From: Oscillospiraceae bacterium
Lineage (GTDB): Bacteria; Bacillota; Clostridia; Oscillospirales; CAG-272
Direction: 5' to 3'
DNA length: 64,000 bases
NCBI GenBank assembly: GCA_015064255.1
Contig: SVSP01000008.1
Coordinates: 1,352-65,351 of the forward strand
Shown here: in pieces, positions 45,210 to 54,595 of the stretch
Position numbering within the stretch: position 1 is the first letter of the stretch
Layout: every line of letters begins with the position of its first letter
The notes under the pieces: model-generated
Told to the model about the DNA's origin: nothing
Database searches by the model: none
Seen by the model: the letters and a program-made list of their open reading frames with translations, nothing else
Made by a program: the position numbers and the translations under genes

Positions 45210-46301
45210 ATGAACAGAGTGTACAATTTTTCGGCAGGACCTTCAATGCTTCCCGTTCCCGTGCTTGAGAGAGCAGCGTCAGAGCTTATGTGTTACGGCG
45301 ATTCAGGAATGTCAGTAATGGAGATGAGTCACCGATCGCCTGTTTATGAAAAGATAATAGCAGATGCAGAAGCAAAGCTTCGCGAGCTTATGAATATTCC
45401 CGACAACTATAAGGTGCTTTTCCTTCAGGGTGGTGCTTCCACACAGTTTGCGGCTGTTCCGCTTAATCTTATCGGCAGAACAGGTAAGGCTGATTACATA
45501 GTTTCCGGTCAGTTCTCGGGTAAGGCGTATAAAGAAGCTCAGAAGATGGGCTATAACGTTAAGTGCATAGCAACCTCCAAGGATACAAACTTCGACCGTA
45601 TTCCCGTTGTTACAAAGGATATGATCTCTCCCGACGCTTCTTACGTTCACATTTGCTTCAATAACACAATTTACGGTACAAAGTACGGCTATATTCCCGA
45701 TACAGGTGATATTCCGCTCGTTGCAGATATGTCCTCTTGCATTATTTCCGAGCCCGTTGACGTAACAAAGTTCGGCGTTATTTATGCAGGCGCACAGAAG
45801 AATATGGCTCCCGCAGGCGTAACTCTCGTTATCGTTCGCGAAGACCTTCTTGAGTACGGCGATCCCAAGATGCCCTCTATGCTCGATTGGAAGCTTATGG
45901 CTGAAAACGGATCTATGTACAATACACCTCCTTGCTACTCCATCTACGTTGCAGGACTCGTTTACGAATGGATACTCTCGCTCGGCGGTCTTGACACAAT
46001 GAAGGCTATGAACGAAAAGAAAGCAGCAGTTCTTTACGATTATCTCGACAGCCAGGACTACTATATCGCTCCCGTACAGAAGGATAGCCGTTCTATGATG
46101 AACGTTACATTCGTTACAGGCGTTGAAGAAATCGATAAGAAGTTCCCGAAGGAAGCAACAGCAGCAGGTCTTGTAAACCTCAAGGGTCACAGAAGCGTTG
46201 GCGGTATGAGAGCATCTATCTATAACGCAATGCCCCTCGAAGGTGTTGAAGCTCTCGTTGAGTTTATGAAGAAATTTGCCGCAGAAAATCCCAAGGCATA
46301 A
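45210..46301 (+). CDS. serC: phosphoserine aminotransferase
   Basis: MNRVYNFSAGPSMLP N-terminus and the SerC-like core AQKNMAPAGVTLVIVR. Confidence 0.92.
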   Translation: MNRVYNFSAGPSMLPVPVLERAASELMCYGDSGMSVMEMSHRSPVYEKIIADAEAKLRELMNIPDNYKVLFLQGGASTQFAAVPLNLIGRTGKADYIVSGQFSGKAYKEAQKMGYNVKCIATSKDTNFDRIPVVTKDMISPDASYVHICFNNTIYGTKYGYIPDTGDIPLVADMSSCIISEPVDVTKFGVIYAGAQKNMAPAGVTLVIVREDLLEYGDPKMPSMLDWKLMAENGSMYNTPPCYSIYVAGLVYEWILSLGGLDTMKAMNEKKAAVLYDYLDSQDYYIAPVQKDSRSMMNVTFVTGVEEIDKKFPKEATAAGLVNLKGHRSVGGMRASIYNAMPLEGVEALVEFMKKFAAENPKA

Positions 46302-46335
46302 TTTGGGTCACATATAGGAAAGGTAATGATAAAAA

Positions 46336-47496
46336 ATGAGCAATATACTTCTTTTAAATAAGATCGCAAAGATCGGAACAGATATTTTCGACGATAAATA
46401 TACAGTAGGCGATAACTGCGAAAATCCCGATGCAATAATGGTACGTAGCGCGGCTATGCACGATATGGAGCTTCCCGCAAGCGTTAAGGCTATTGCAAGA
46501 GCAGGCGCAGGCGTTAACAACATTCCCGTTGAAGAGTGCGCTAAGAAGGGTATCGTAGTTTTCAATACTCCCGGTGCAAACGCTAACGGCGTTAAGGAAC
46601 TTGCAGTTGCAGCGCTTCTTCTCGCTTCGAGAAATATTACAGGCGGTATTGAATGGGTAAAGACTCTTGCAGGTCAGGAAGATGCTGCAAAAGTAGTTGA
46701 AAAGAACAAGAGCGCTTTTGCAGGCGTTGAAATCGCAGGCAAGACTCTCGGTATAATCGGTCTCGGTGCAATCGGCGGACTTGTTGCAAACGCTGCAGTA
46801 GCTCTCGGTATGAACGTTATCGGATGCGACCCATACCTCACAGTTGAAGGCGCTTGGGGACTTTCCAGCGAAGTAAAGAAGGCTGCAAGCTACGAAGAGA
46901 TCTTCGCAAAGAGCGACTATATTTCGGTTCACGTTCCCGCAACAAAAGAAACAAAGAATATGTTCTGTGAAGCTTCCTTCGCACAGATGAAGGACGGTGT
47001 ACGTATTATCAACCTCTCGAGAAGCGAGCTTGTAAACAGCGAAGATATGATCAAGGCTGTTGCAGATAAGAAGGTTGCTTGCTACGTTACAGACTTTGCA
47101 ACTCCCGACATTATCGGTGTTGATAACATCATCGTAATTCCTCACCTCGGTGCATCTACAAACGAATCTGAAGATAACTGCGCAGTAATGGCTGCAAAGC
47201 AGATCGTTGATTACCTCGAAAACGGTAACATCGTAAACAGCGTAAACTATCCGAGCGTTGTTCTTGAGCGCGGCGGTCTCAGCAGATGCTGTGTTCTTCA
47301 CTACAATGTTCCTGCGGTTATTTCGGGTGTTTCTTCTGCGTTTGCTAATGCAAATATCAATATCGAACACTTCAGCAACCGTTCCAAGGGCGAATTCGCT
47401 TATACGATAATCGACTTCAATGCAGCGCTTCCCGAAGCAGTTCTCGAAGCAGTTAAGGCAACGGACGGAGTTATCGCAGTTAATGTTATTGCCTGA
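46336..47496 (+). CDS. serA: D-3-phosphoglycerate dehydrogenase (with C-terminal ACT domain)
   Basis: 2-hydroxyacid dehydrogenase motifs (GIIGLGAIGG, HLGAST) and adjacency to serC. Confidence 0.88.
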   Translation: MSNILLLNKIAKIGTDIFDDKYTVGDNCENPDAIMVRSAAMHDMELPASVKAIARAGAGVNNIPVEECAKKGIVVFNTPGANANGVKELAVAALLLASRNITGGIEWVKTLAGQEDAAKVVEKNKSAFAGVEIAGKTLGIIGLGAIGGLVANAAVALGMNVIGCDPYLTVEGAWGLSSEVKKAASYEEIFAKSDYISVHVPATKETKNMFCEASFAQMKDGVRIINLSRSELVNSEDMIKAVADKKVACYVTDFATPDIIGVDNIIVIPHLGASTNESEDNCAVMAAKQIVDYLENGNIVNSVNYPSVVLERGGLSRCCVLHYNVPAVISGVSSAFANANINIEHFSNRSKGEFAYTIIDFNAALPEAVLEAVKATDGVIAVNVIA

Positions 47497-47510
47497 TTTT
47501 CAAAAAGGTA

Positions 47511-47539
47511 TTGACAAACTTAAAATTGTATGATAGACT
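47511..47539 (+). promoter_or_regulatory. promoter TTGACA-N17-TGaTAGACT
   Basis: Consensus -35, 17-nt spacer and TG-extended -10. It lies 15 nt after the serA stop. Confidence 0.5.
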
Positions 47540-47571
47540 CTACCTATACTTTTGAAAGGTCGAACAGTATA

Positions 47572-47646
47572 ATGAAAAAAATACTTTCCGTAAATTACGC
47601 GTATTCATATTATTACCGTGCTTATTATTATGGCAGGGTTATATAG
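47572..47646 (+). other. 24-codon Tyr-rich mini-ORF (MKKILSVNYAYSYYYRAYYYGRVI) within a structured leader/sRNA candidate
   Basis: ATG at 47572, TAG at 47644-47646, 8 Tyr codons out of 24. The RBS is weak (GAAAGG, 12-nt spacing). The region also forms a 10-bp helix (47584-47593 with 47657-47666). Confidence 0.3.
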
Positions 47647-47684
47647 TTGTGGCTGATTACGGAAGGGTTTAAAGTTAAAAACCA

Positions 47685-47722
47685 AATACCGTGCGCAGTC
47701 AAATGCTCACGGTATTTATTTT
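47685..47722 (+). terminator. intrinsic terminator / attenuator upstream of the acyl-CoA synthetase gene
   Basis: AATACCGTG / CACGGTATT stem with an inner GCA/TGC pairing, followed by TATTTTT. It ends about 54 nt before the next start codon. Confidence 0.7.
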
Positions 47723-47775
47723 TGAAAATTAAAATAGGTTGAGGATAAAGTCTGAAAAAAGGAGTGGTCATAAAT

Positions 47776-49413
47776 ATGCCTATTACAGAGATACTCGAAG
47801 AAAATGCGAGAAAATATGCAGGTGACGTTTGTCTTGTTGAAGTAAACCCCGAAAGAGAAGAAACAAGAAGGGTTACTTGGAGAGAATATGAGCTCGTTGA
47901 AACAACTCTGCCCAAATACTACCGCAGAGAGATAACGTGGAGCATTTTTGATGAAAAAGCAAACAGATTTGCAAATGCACTTATTAAAAACGGAATAAAG
48001 AAGGGTGATAAAGTCGGAATCCTTCTTATGAACTGCCTTGAATGGCTCCCGATATATTTCGGAATACTTAAAACAGGTGCGCTTGCAGTGCCGCTGAATT
48101 TCAGATATTCTTCTGATGAGATAAAGTACTGCCTTGGTCTTGCAGACGTGGATCTGCTTGTTTTCGGAAACGAATTTATCGGACGTATTGAAGAAATCGA
48201 GCCTATAATACGTAAAAACAGACTTCTCGTTTACGCGGGCTCGGGAATATGCCCGACCTTTGCCGAAAGCTACGCAGATATTACAGCAGATGAGTCGAGT
48301 GTTGCTCCCGATATAAAGCTTACGGACGACGACTACGCCGCAATATATTTCTCTTCGGGTACAACAGGTTTCCCGAAAGCTATTTTGCATAAGCACAGAA
48401 GCCTTATGCACGCTTGTGTCGTAGAGCAGAAGCATCACGGACAGACAAAGGACGATATATTCCTTTGTATTCCTCCGCTTTATCATACGGGTGCAAAAAT
48501 GCACTGGTTTGGAAGCTTCCTCGTAGGCGGAAAGGCAATTTTGCTTAAGGGAACGCATCCAGAATATGTTCTCGAAACAATTTCAAAGGAAAAATGCACG
48601 ATAGCGTGGCTTCTCGTACCGTGGGCGCAGGATATTCTTAACGCGCTTGATAGCGGTGAACTGAAAAAAGATGACTACTGCCTCGATCAGTGGCGTCTTA
48701 TGCATATCGGCGCACAGCCTGTACCGAGAAGCCTTATAAAGCATTGGCTTGATTATTTCCCCAATCACGATTACGATACAAACTACGGCCTCAGCGAATC
48801 CATAGGACCGGGCTGCGTGCATCTCGGCGTAGGAAATATATCTAAGGTAGGCGCGATCGGTATTCCCGGATACGGATGGGAGGTTAAGATCGTCGATCCC
48901 GATGGTAATACTGTCGAGCAGGGCGGAGTCGGTGAGCTTTGCGTAAAGGGACCGGGCGTTATGACCTGTTATTACAAAGACGAAAAGGCAACAAGTGAAG
49001 TCCTGAAAGACGGTTGGCTCTTTACGGGCGATATGGCGCAGATGGACGACGACGGATTTATTTTCCTTGTTGACAGAAAGAAGGACGTTATCATAACGGG
49101 CGGAGAAAACCTCTATCCCGTACAGATAGAAGACTTTATAAGCGCACATCCTGCTGTACACGACGTTGCGGTAATAGGACTTCCTGATAAACGTCTTGGA
49201 GAGATAGCAGCGGCTATTATTCAGATAAAGAAGGGCTTCGAGTGCACAGAGAGCGAGATAGAAGAATTCTGCTCGGCACTTCCGAGATATAAGCGTCCGA
49301 AGAAGATAATTTTCGCAGACGTTCCGAGAAACCCCACAGGAAAGATCGAGAAACCCAAGCTTCGCCGTATGTACGGTGCGGATATGCTCGTTTCGCAGCA
49401 GAATAATTCGTAA
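47776..49413 (+). CDS. AMP-dependent synthetase/ligase (acyl-CoA synthetase family)
   Basis: AMP-binding motif YFSSGTTGFPKAILHKH, later GELCVKGPGVMTCYY, TGDMAQMDDDGFIFLVDRKKDVIITGGENLYP and PRNPTGKI. Confidence 0.88.
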   Translation: MPITEILEENARKYAGDVCLVEVNPEREETRRVTWREYELVETTLPKYYRREITWSIFDEKANRFANALIKNGIKKGDKVGILLMNCLEWLPIYFGILKTGALAVPLNFRYSSDEIKYCLGLADVDLLVFGNEFIGRIEEIEPIIRKNRLLVYAGSGICPTFAESYADITADESSVAPDIKLTDDDYAAIYFSSGTTGFPKAILHKHRSLMHACVVEQKHHGQTKDDIFLCIPPLYHTGAKMHWFGSFLVGGKAILLKGTHPEYVLETISKEKCTIAWLLVPWAQDILNALDSGELKKDDYCLDQWRLMHIGAQPVPRSLIKHWLDYFPNHDYDTNYGLSESIGPGCVHLGVGNISKVGAIGIPGYGWEVKIVDPDGNTVEQGGVGELCVKGPGVMTCYYKDEKATSEVLKDGWLFTGDMAQMDDDGFIFLVDRKKDVIITGGENLYPVQIEDFISAHPAVHDVAVIGLPDKRLGEIAAAIIQIKKGFECTESEIEEFCSALPRYKRPKKIIFADVPRNPTGKIEKPKLRRMYGADMLVSQQNNS

Positions 49414-49416
49414 AAA

Positions 49417-49470
49417 TAAAACAGCCTAAATATCACTTTCAATCTGAAGTGATATTTAGGCTGTTTTTTT
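49417..49470. terminator. bidirectional terminator
   Basis: A perfect 18-bp stem (ACAGCCTAAATATCACTT / AAGTGATATTTAGGCTGT) flanked by an A-run and a T7 run, between convergent genes. Confidence 0.9.
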
Positions 49471-49473
49471 GTT

Positions 49474-51195
49474 TTATTTTACAGTAACAGTGAAGCTGAC
49501 AACTTCGTCGGGCTTCATATCTATGTATAACGGTGCGGTCAAAAATCCGCCGACAACGTTGAAATTACGTTTGGGAGCTTTCGTGTCGAATATTATCGGG
49601 CTTTCGCTTTCAAGAACTATGTCAGCACCGTCCTTGTGTATCACGGTCGTTTTGCCGTCTTGCACGATTTCTTCGCTGTGGGTGCAGATGAGAGGAATAA
49701 TGAAGCGTCCGCCTTTTTCTGATTTTGCTGATATTTCGATGCTGTCTTTTCCGAAAACGTACTTTAATTCATAGCCTCCGTTTGCGTCGAACGAAAGATT
49801 TTTGAGCTTTCCGCAAACGCTGACAGCTATGTTCTCTCCTTCGGAGCTTGCAGAAATACTTGCCGCAGTTTCGTTTACGCTTTCAAATCTTCCGTCTTTT
49901 ATGCGCAGAGACGTACATTCCATATGGTTGATGTGCCTTGAATACTGCATATTTCTCGGCTCTGCCATCTGATAATCAGCCATAGAAGCGGCAAATACAG
50001 GACCGACTTTTTTGTGCCATAAAAGTGTCATTGTTCCGCCGGTCGTAGCCGCACCCGGATATGAAACAACGTTCGAATTTGAAACGGTTGCTCTGAAATC
50101 TCCTTTGGCGATAAGATTTACACGTGCTGACGGGAAAGATTTGAGTCCGTATTCTTCGTCACGCGGTAAAGCTGTCGGGTTTTCGTAAACGAAACCGTTA
50201 TCTATCATAGCGCAAAGCGATTTGGCGTGGCAGAACGAATGATGTGTGCAAGGCTCTTCGTTTGCTTCAATATACATATATCCGCCGTAGAGAAAACCGT
50301 TTGAACTGCATTTTTCATACATATTGAAGCTTCTTTCTGCGGCTTCGGCAAATATCGGATCTTTTTTTGCAAGTACAGAAAGCGCAGTCTGACATCCGTC
50401 CGACGTTCTGCTGCCCCAATACGTCCATTTGTTTGCACGTGAACCCCAACTGTTATCCCAACCGCCGTCGGGAATCATAAATTCAATATGCGTTTTGAAT
50501 TTGTCGGCGGCAAAGTCAAGATATTCTTCATCATTCATATAGTGAGCGAATAAAACGAGCGCAGGGAGAGATTCCTCTACGTTGTATCCGATGTCAAATC
50601 CCTTGCTTTCTCCGAAAAGAAGTCCATCCTCTGTAAAGAAAGTTTTAGAATATTCCGCACATTCGTATGCGTTTTGCTTGTAAATTTCATTACCTGTCAG
50701 CTTGTACGCAAGGGCAAGAGCTGCCGCGGTGGACGAGTGGTAATTTACGTTTGTTTTGCATTTACTGTTAGCACCGCCGCCAAAGAAAGAGCATACGAAA
50801 TCGGAAAGCCTTATAAATATATTCATCCATTTTTCTTTGGTTTCTGTGTCAAGACAATCTCCGTGATAGAGGAGCGTTTCTCCGAATGAAAGAGCAGAGA
50901 ATACCGAAATTCCCATCCAGGTATGCGCTTTGTCATTAAAATAACCTCCGGTTTTTCGGGCAACGTTGGCTTCCGACCACTCTACTGCAAGCTTTGCGGC
51001 GTTTAAATATTTTTCATCTCCGCTGTAATCGTACATCGCAGTAAGCGGGTAAACGCTGTCACCGATTCTTCCGTGAATGAGTGAACACGCAGGACAGAGT
51101 ATGCCGCCGTAAAAAGCAGGGTCTTTAAGCTCGGTTATCTGACATTGAATAAGCTTGTCACACCATTTTTTTAAAAGCTCATAATATCTTTTCAT
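49474..51195 (-). CDS. hypothetical cytoplasmic protein, possibly an (alpha/alpha)-barrel glycan-active enzyme
   Basis: About 570 aa with no signal peptide. The helix-rich N-terminal two-thirds resembles a glycoside hydrolase/lyase toroid only loosely. Start chosen at 51195 (GGAGGA plus 8 nt). Confidence 0.3.
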   Translation of the reverse strand: MKRYYELLKKWCDKLIQCQITELKDPAFYGGILCPACSLIHGRIGDSVYPLTAMYDYSGDEKYLNAAKLAVEWSEANVARKTGGYFNDKAHTWMGISVFSALSFGETLLYHGDCLDTETKEKWMNIFIRLSDFVCSFFGGGANSKCKTNVNYHSSTAAALALAYKLTGNEIYKQNAYECAEYSKTFFTEDGLLFGESKGFDIGYNVEESLPALVLFAHYMNDEEYLDFAADKFKTHIEFMIPDGGWDNSWGSRANKWTYWGSRTSDGCQTALSVLAKKDPIFAEAAERSFNMYEKCSSNGFLYGGYMYIEANEEPCTHHSFCHAKSLCAMIDNGFVYENPTALPRDEEYGLKSFPSARVNLIAKGDFRATVSNSNVVSYPGAATTGGTMTLLWHKKVGPVFAASMADYQMAEPRNMQYSRHINHMECTSLRIKDGRFESVNETAASISASSEGENIAVSVCGKLKNLSFDANGGYELKYVFGKDSIEISAKSEKGGRFIIPLICTHSEEIVQDGKTTVIHKDGADIVLESESPIIFDTKAPKRNFNVVGGFLTAPLYIDMKPDEVVSFTVTVK

Positions 51196-51450
51196 TTTAA
51201 GATCCTCCATAAAAGGACGTGTATTCTCTTTTTCATTATATCAAACAAAAGGTATTTTGTCAATACGCACGAAAGCGCGCGAAAAAAGGCAAAATAGCGT
51301 TAGGTGTAATTTTTTCAGATGTTTTTATCTGTTTATATGATAAAACTATTGCAAAATATTTTAATACTGCTATAATAAAATAGAAGTTTCAAATTTCACA
51401 CGTTCTGTATGTATGTGACCGTTGTTACTGGAAATTTTGGAGGAACTGCT

Positions 51451-53088
51451 ATGGGAAACAGAAACATAAGAAACGGAAGAGAAATACGTGCGGACGGATA
51501 CAGCGATCAGCCGTACGTTGTAAAAACGGATGACGGGCATTGGCTGCTTACCGTTACCGTTTGTAATACAAGAGAAGGCGAAAGCGGACAGCACGTTCTG
51601 TCAATGATAAGCTGTGATAAAGGACTTACGTGGTGCGATGAGACTCCTGTTTCTTCACCGGATCTGCCCGAATCCTCGTATTCGGTTCTTTATAAAACAA
51701 GCTACGGACGTGTTTACTGCTTCTATAACTTCAACGCGGACAATACTCGCCGTATAATAGGAACAAATCCGCCGTTTTCCGACGGATTTTGCCGACGGGT
51801 CGATACACAGGGACATTTCGTTTTCAAATACAGCGATGACAACGGAAAAACTTGGTCGCAAGAGTGGTACGAGCTTCCCGTGCGCACGTTCGATGTTGAC
51901 AGAATAAATCCGTATAAGGGCGAAATAAAGTTTTTCTGGAACGTCGGAAAGCCTATGACTTTAAATAACAGCATATACCTTCCGCTTATCAAGGTGCGTG
52001 AGTTTGGCGTGGACTTTATTTGTTATAGCGAAGGCGTACTTTTGAAGTGCGAAAATATCAACAGTGAACGTGATCCAGAAAAGCTTGTATGGGAAACACT
52101 TCCCGACGGAAACGTGGGAATCCGCGCACCGCAGGAACTCGGTATAGTATCGGAAGAGCATAGCTACGTTCCGCTTTCCGACGGAAGTATATTCTGTGTT
52201 TTCCGCACTACAACGGGACATCCGTGGTGCGCATACAGCAGAGACGGGGGACATACTTTCAGCGATCCAGAGCCTATGAAATTCGCCGACGGACGGCTCT
52301 TTAAGCATCCGCGTGCCGCAAACTTCATATGGAAATGTGAAAACGGCAAGTATATTTATTGGTTTCATAATCACGGCGGACGTAATTATGACGACAGAAA
52401 TCCCGTATGGCTTTGCGGAGCCAAAGAGGTGGAAACACCCGACGGTCTTTTCCTTAGCTTCGGTGAACCGCAAATAGTGCTTTATGATCCGAATCCTAAC
52501 GTACGTATGAGTTATCCCGACCTTGTAGAAGAGGACGGAGAATATTTTCTTACGGAAACACAGAAGACGGTAGCAAGAGTGCATCCGCTTGATAAGAAGT
52601 TTGTGGAAAGCCTTTGGGAAACACCTGCACCCTGTGACGGATGGAAAAAGGTCTCGGCAAGTGAGCTTTCGAAAAAATCCCTTGCAATCAGCGAGCATTC
52701 CTTAACGTTCCGCTTCGACGTTTGCCCCGAGGATAAAGGAAACCTCCTCTTTTCGACGATGGATTACGGAAAGGGAATAGAGATCAGACGCAGAATATCG
52801 GGAGAAATAGAGCTTATCGTAAGCGACGGACAGCGCACGTATCTTTTTATAAACGATGACCTGCTTCTTACAGACGATAAAAAGCATACCGTGACTGCAG
52901 TTTTTGACAGTGGCGTTGCCGCAGTTTATTTTGCAACCGACGGAAGATTTTGCGACGGCGGAGATAAGCGTCAGTTCGGATTTACTCGCTTTGACAGGGA
53001 ACTGAAAAATATAAGCGGTCTTTCAGAACCGTCGGTAAATAAACTGGAAAACTTTATCTGCTGTAGTGGCATTCATCTGTATGATTGA
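51451..53088 (+). CDS. BNR/Asp-box beta-propeller (sialidase-like) protein with a C-terminal lectin-like domain, no signal peptide
   Basis: Asp-boxes SCDKGLTW, SDDNGKTW and SRDGGHTF. Start at 51451 (GGAGGA plus 8 nt). Confidence 0.6.
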   Translation: MGNRNIRNGREIRADGYSDQPYVVKTDDGHWLLTVTVCNTREGESGQHVLSMISCDKGLTWCDETPVSSPDLPESSYSVLYKTSYGRVYCFYNFNADNTRRIIGTNPPFSDGFCRRVDTQGHFVFKYSDDNGKTWSQEWYELPVRTFDVDRINPYKGEIKFFWNVGKPMTLNNSIYLPLIKVREFGVDFICYSEGVLLKCENINSERDPEKLVWETLPDGNVGIRAPQELGIVSEEHSYVPLSDGSIFCVFRTTTGHPWCAYSRDGGHTFSDPEPMKFADGRLFKHPRAANFIWKCENGKYIYWFHNHGGRNYDDRNPVWLCGAKEVETPDGLFLSFGEPQIVLYDPNPNVRMSYPDLVEEDGEYFLTETQKTVARVHPLDKKFVESLWETPAPCDGWKKVSASELSKKSLAISEHSLTFRFDVCPEDKGNLLFSTMDYGKGIEIRRRISGEIELIVSDGQRTYLFINDDLLLTDDKKHTVTAVFDSGVAAVYFATDGRFCDGGDKRQFGFTRFDRELKNISGLSEPSVNKLENFICCSGIHLYD

Positions 53089-53165
53089 CGATCTGAAAAA
53101 ATATTAAATTTTCAGCAGAAATAAAGCTCATAGATCAAATTAATATTGGATTTTAGGAGAAAATA

Positions 53166-54539
53166 ATGCTTTTCTCAAGACGTGATATTATAAAAATAGC
53201 ATTACCGATGATAATACAGCAGGTTCTTGCTGTTACTATCGGTATGGTTGATACGATGATGGTATCAAAAGCGGGCGAAGCGGCAGTTTCGGGTGTTTCG
53301 CTCGTAAATACGCTCGATACTATGCTCGTTGTCGCATTTATATCCTTGGTGACAGGAGGTTCTGTCGTTGTTGCGCAGTTTTTGGGCGAAAAAAGAACTG
53401 ACTCGGCAAGGCTGGCGGCAAAACAACTGCTTTACGCGTCTGCCACAGTTGCAATCGTTATATCCGCTGTCGTAATTTCTTTCAGATTTCCCTTGCTGGA
53501 TCTTCTTTTCGGTGATGTTGAAGCTGACGTTATGAAGAATGCACACAGTTATTTTTTGTACGTAGCGCTATCATTCTCGCTGCTTGCGATATACAGCTCG
53601 TGTACCGCTGTGTTTAACGTATTGGGAAAGACTTTCGTGACACTGATAGTTTCCCTCTTTATGAATTTAACCAACGTCGTAGGAAATGCGATATTGATAT
53701 ACGGCTACGGTATGGGAGCAGCAGGCGCCGCGATAGCAACGCTTGTATCAAGGCTTCTCGGTGCAGCAGTAATGCTCGTTCTGATACATAACAGAAACAA
53801 TACGGTATATATTGATAATGTGCTTAAGTACAGACCAGATTTTACTATTATACGTGCAATACTTCGTATAGGTATTCCGAACGGCGTTGAAAACTGTATG
53901 TTTCATTTCGGTAAGCTTCTTACGCAGAGCCTTATATCTTCAATGGGTACTGCGTCAATAGCGGCTAACGCAGTAGCAAATACACTTGCAAGCTTTCAGT
54001 ATATGCCGGGAACGGCTTTTTCGAATACGATGGTAACGGTAGTGGGTCGGTGTATAGGTGCTCGTGAAAAGGAGCAGGCAAAAAAATATTCAAAAATTCT
54101 CGTAGGCGTTACCTATCTTTGCCTTTGGATCATAGTGCTTCTTACCTTCATCTTTTCAAAGCAGATCATCGGTTTTTACGATCTGTCGGAAAATGGAACG
54201 CGGATAGCCTATGAGCTGATAATATATCACGCAGTTTGTGCCGCATTGATATGGCCGATAGGCTTTACGTTACCGTCTGCATTTCGTGCGGCAAGTGACG
54301 TAAAATTCACTCTTGTGGTGTCAATGTTCTCAATGTGGGTCTTCAGAGTGGCGTTAAGTTATGTTTTTGCACTTGAAAATATACAAATTTTCGATATGAC
54401 ATTTAGAGGACTCGGTATGGGAGTTATAGGAGTATGGGTTGCTATGACGGTGGACTGGGTGTTCAGAACGGGATTGTTTCTCTGGCGTTACCTTAGCGGA
54501 AAATGGCTGAATGTTTACCGATCTATATACGGAGAATAG
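53166..54539 (+). CDS. MATE-family efflux transporter
   Basis: 12 TM helices and a MATE-like N-terminus (IIKIALPMIIQQVLAVTIGMVDTMMVSKAGEAAVSGV). Confidence 0.85.
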   Translation: MLFSRRDIIKIALPMIIQQVLAVTIGMVDTMMVSKAGEAAVSGVSLVNTLDTMLVVAFISLVTGGSVVVAQFLGEKRTDSARLAAKQLLYASATVAIVISAVVISFRFPLLDLLFGDVEADVMKNAHSYFLYVALSFSLLAIYSSCTAVFNVLGKTFVTLIVSLFMNLTNVVGNAILIYGYGMGAAGAAIATLVSRLLGAAVMLVLIHNRNNTVYIDNVLKYRPDFTIIRAILRIGIPNGVENCMFHFGKLLTQSLISSMGTASIAANAVANTLASFQYMPGTAFSNTMVTVVGRCIGAREKEQAKKYSKILVGVTYLCLWIIVLLTFIFSKQIIGFYDLSENGTRIAYELIIYHAVCAALIWPIGFTLPSAFRAASDVKFTLVVSMFSMWVFRVALSYVFALENIQIFDMTFRGLGMGVIGVWVAMTVDWVFRTGLFLWRYLSGKWLNVYRSIYGE

Positions 54540-54595
54540 CGATAAGTTGAATTGCCTGTACGACTGAAAACAAAAATGCTTTAGAAAAGGAAAAT

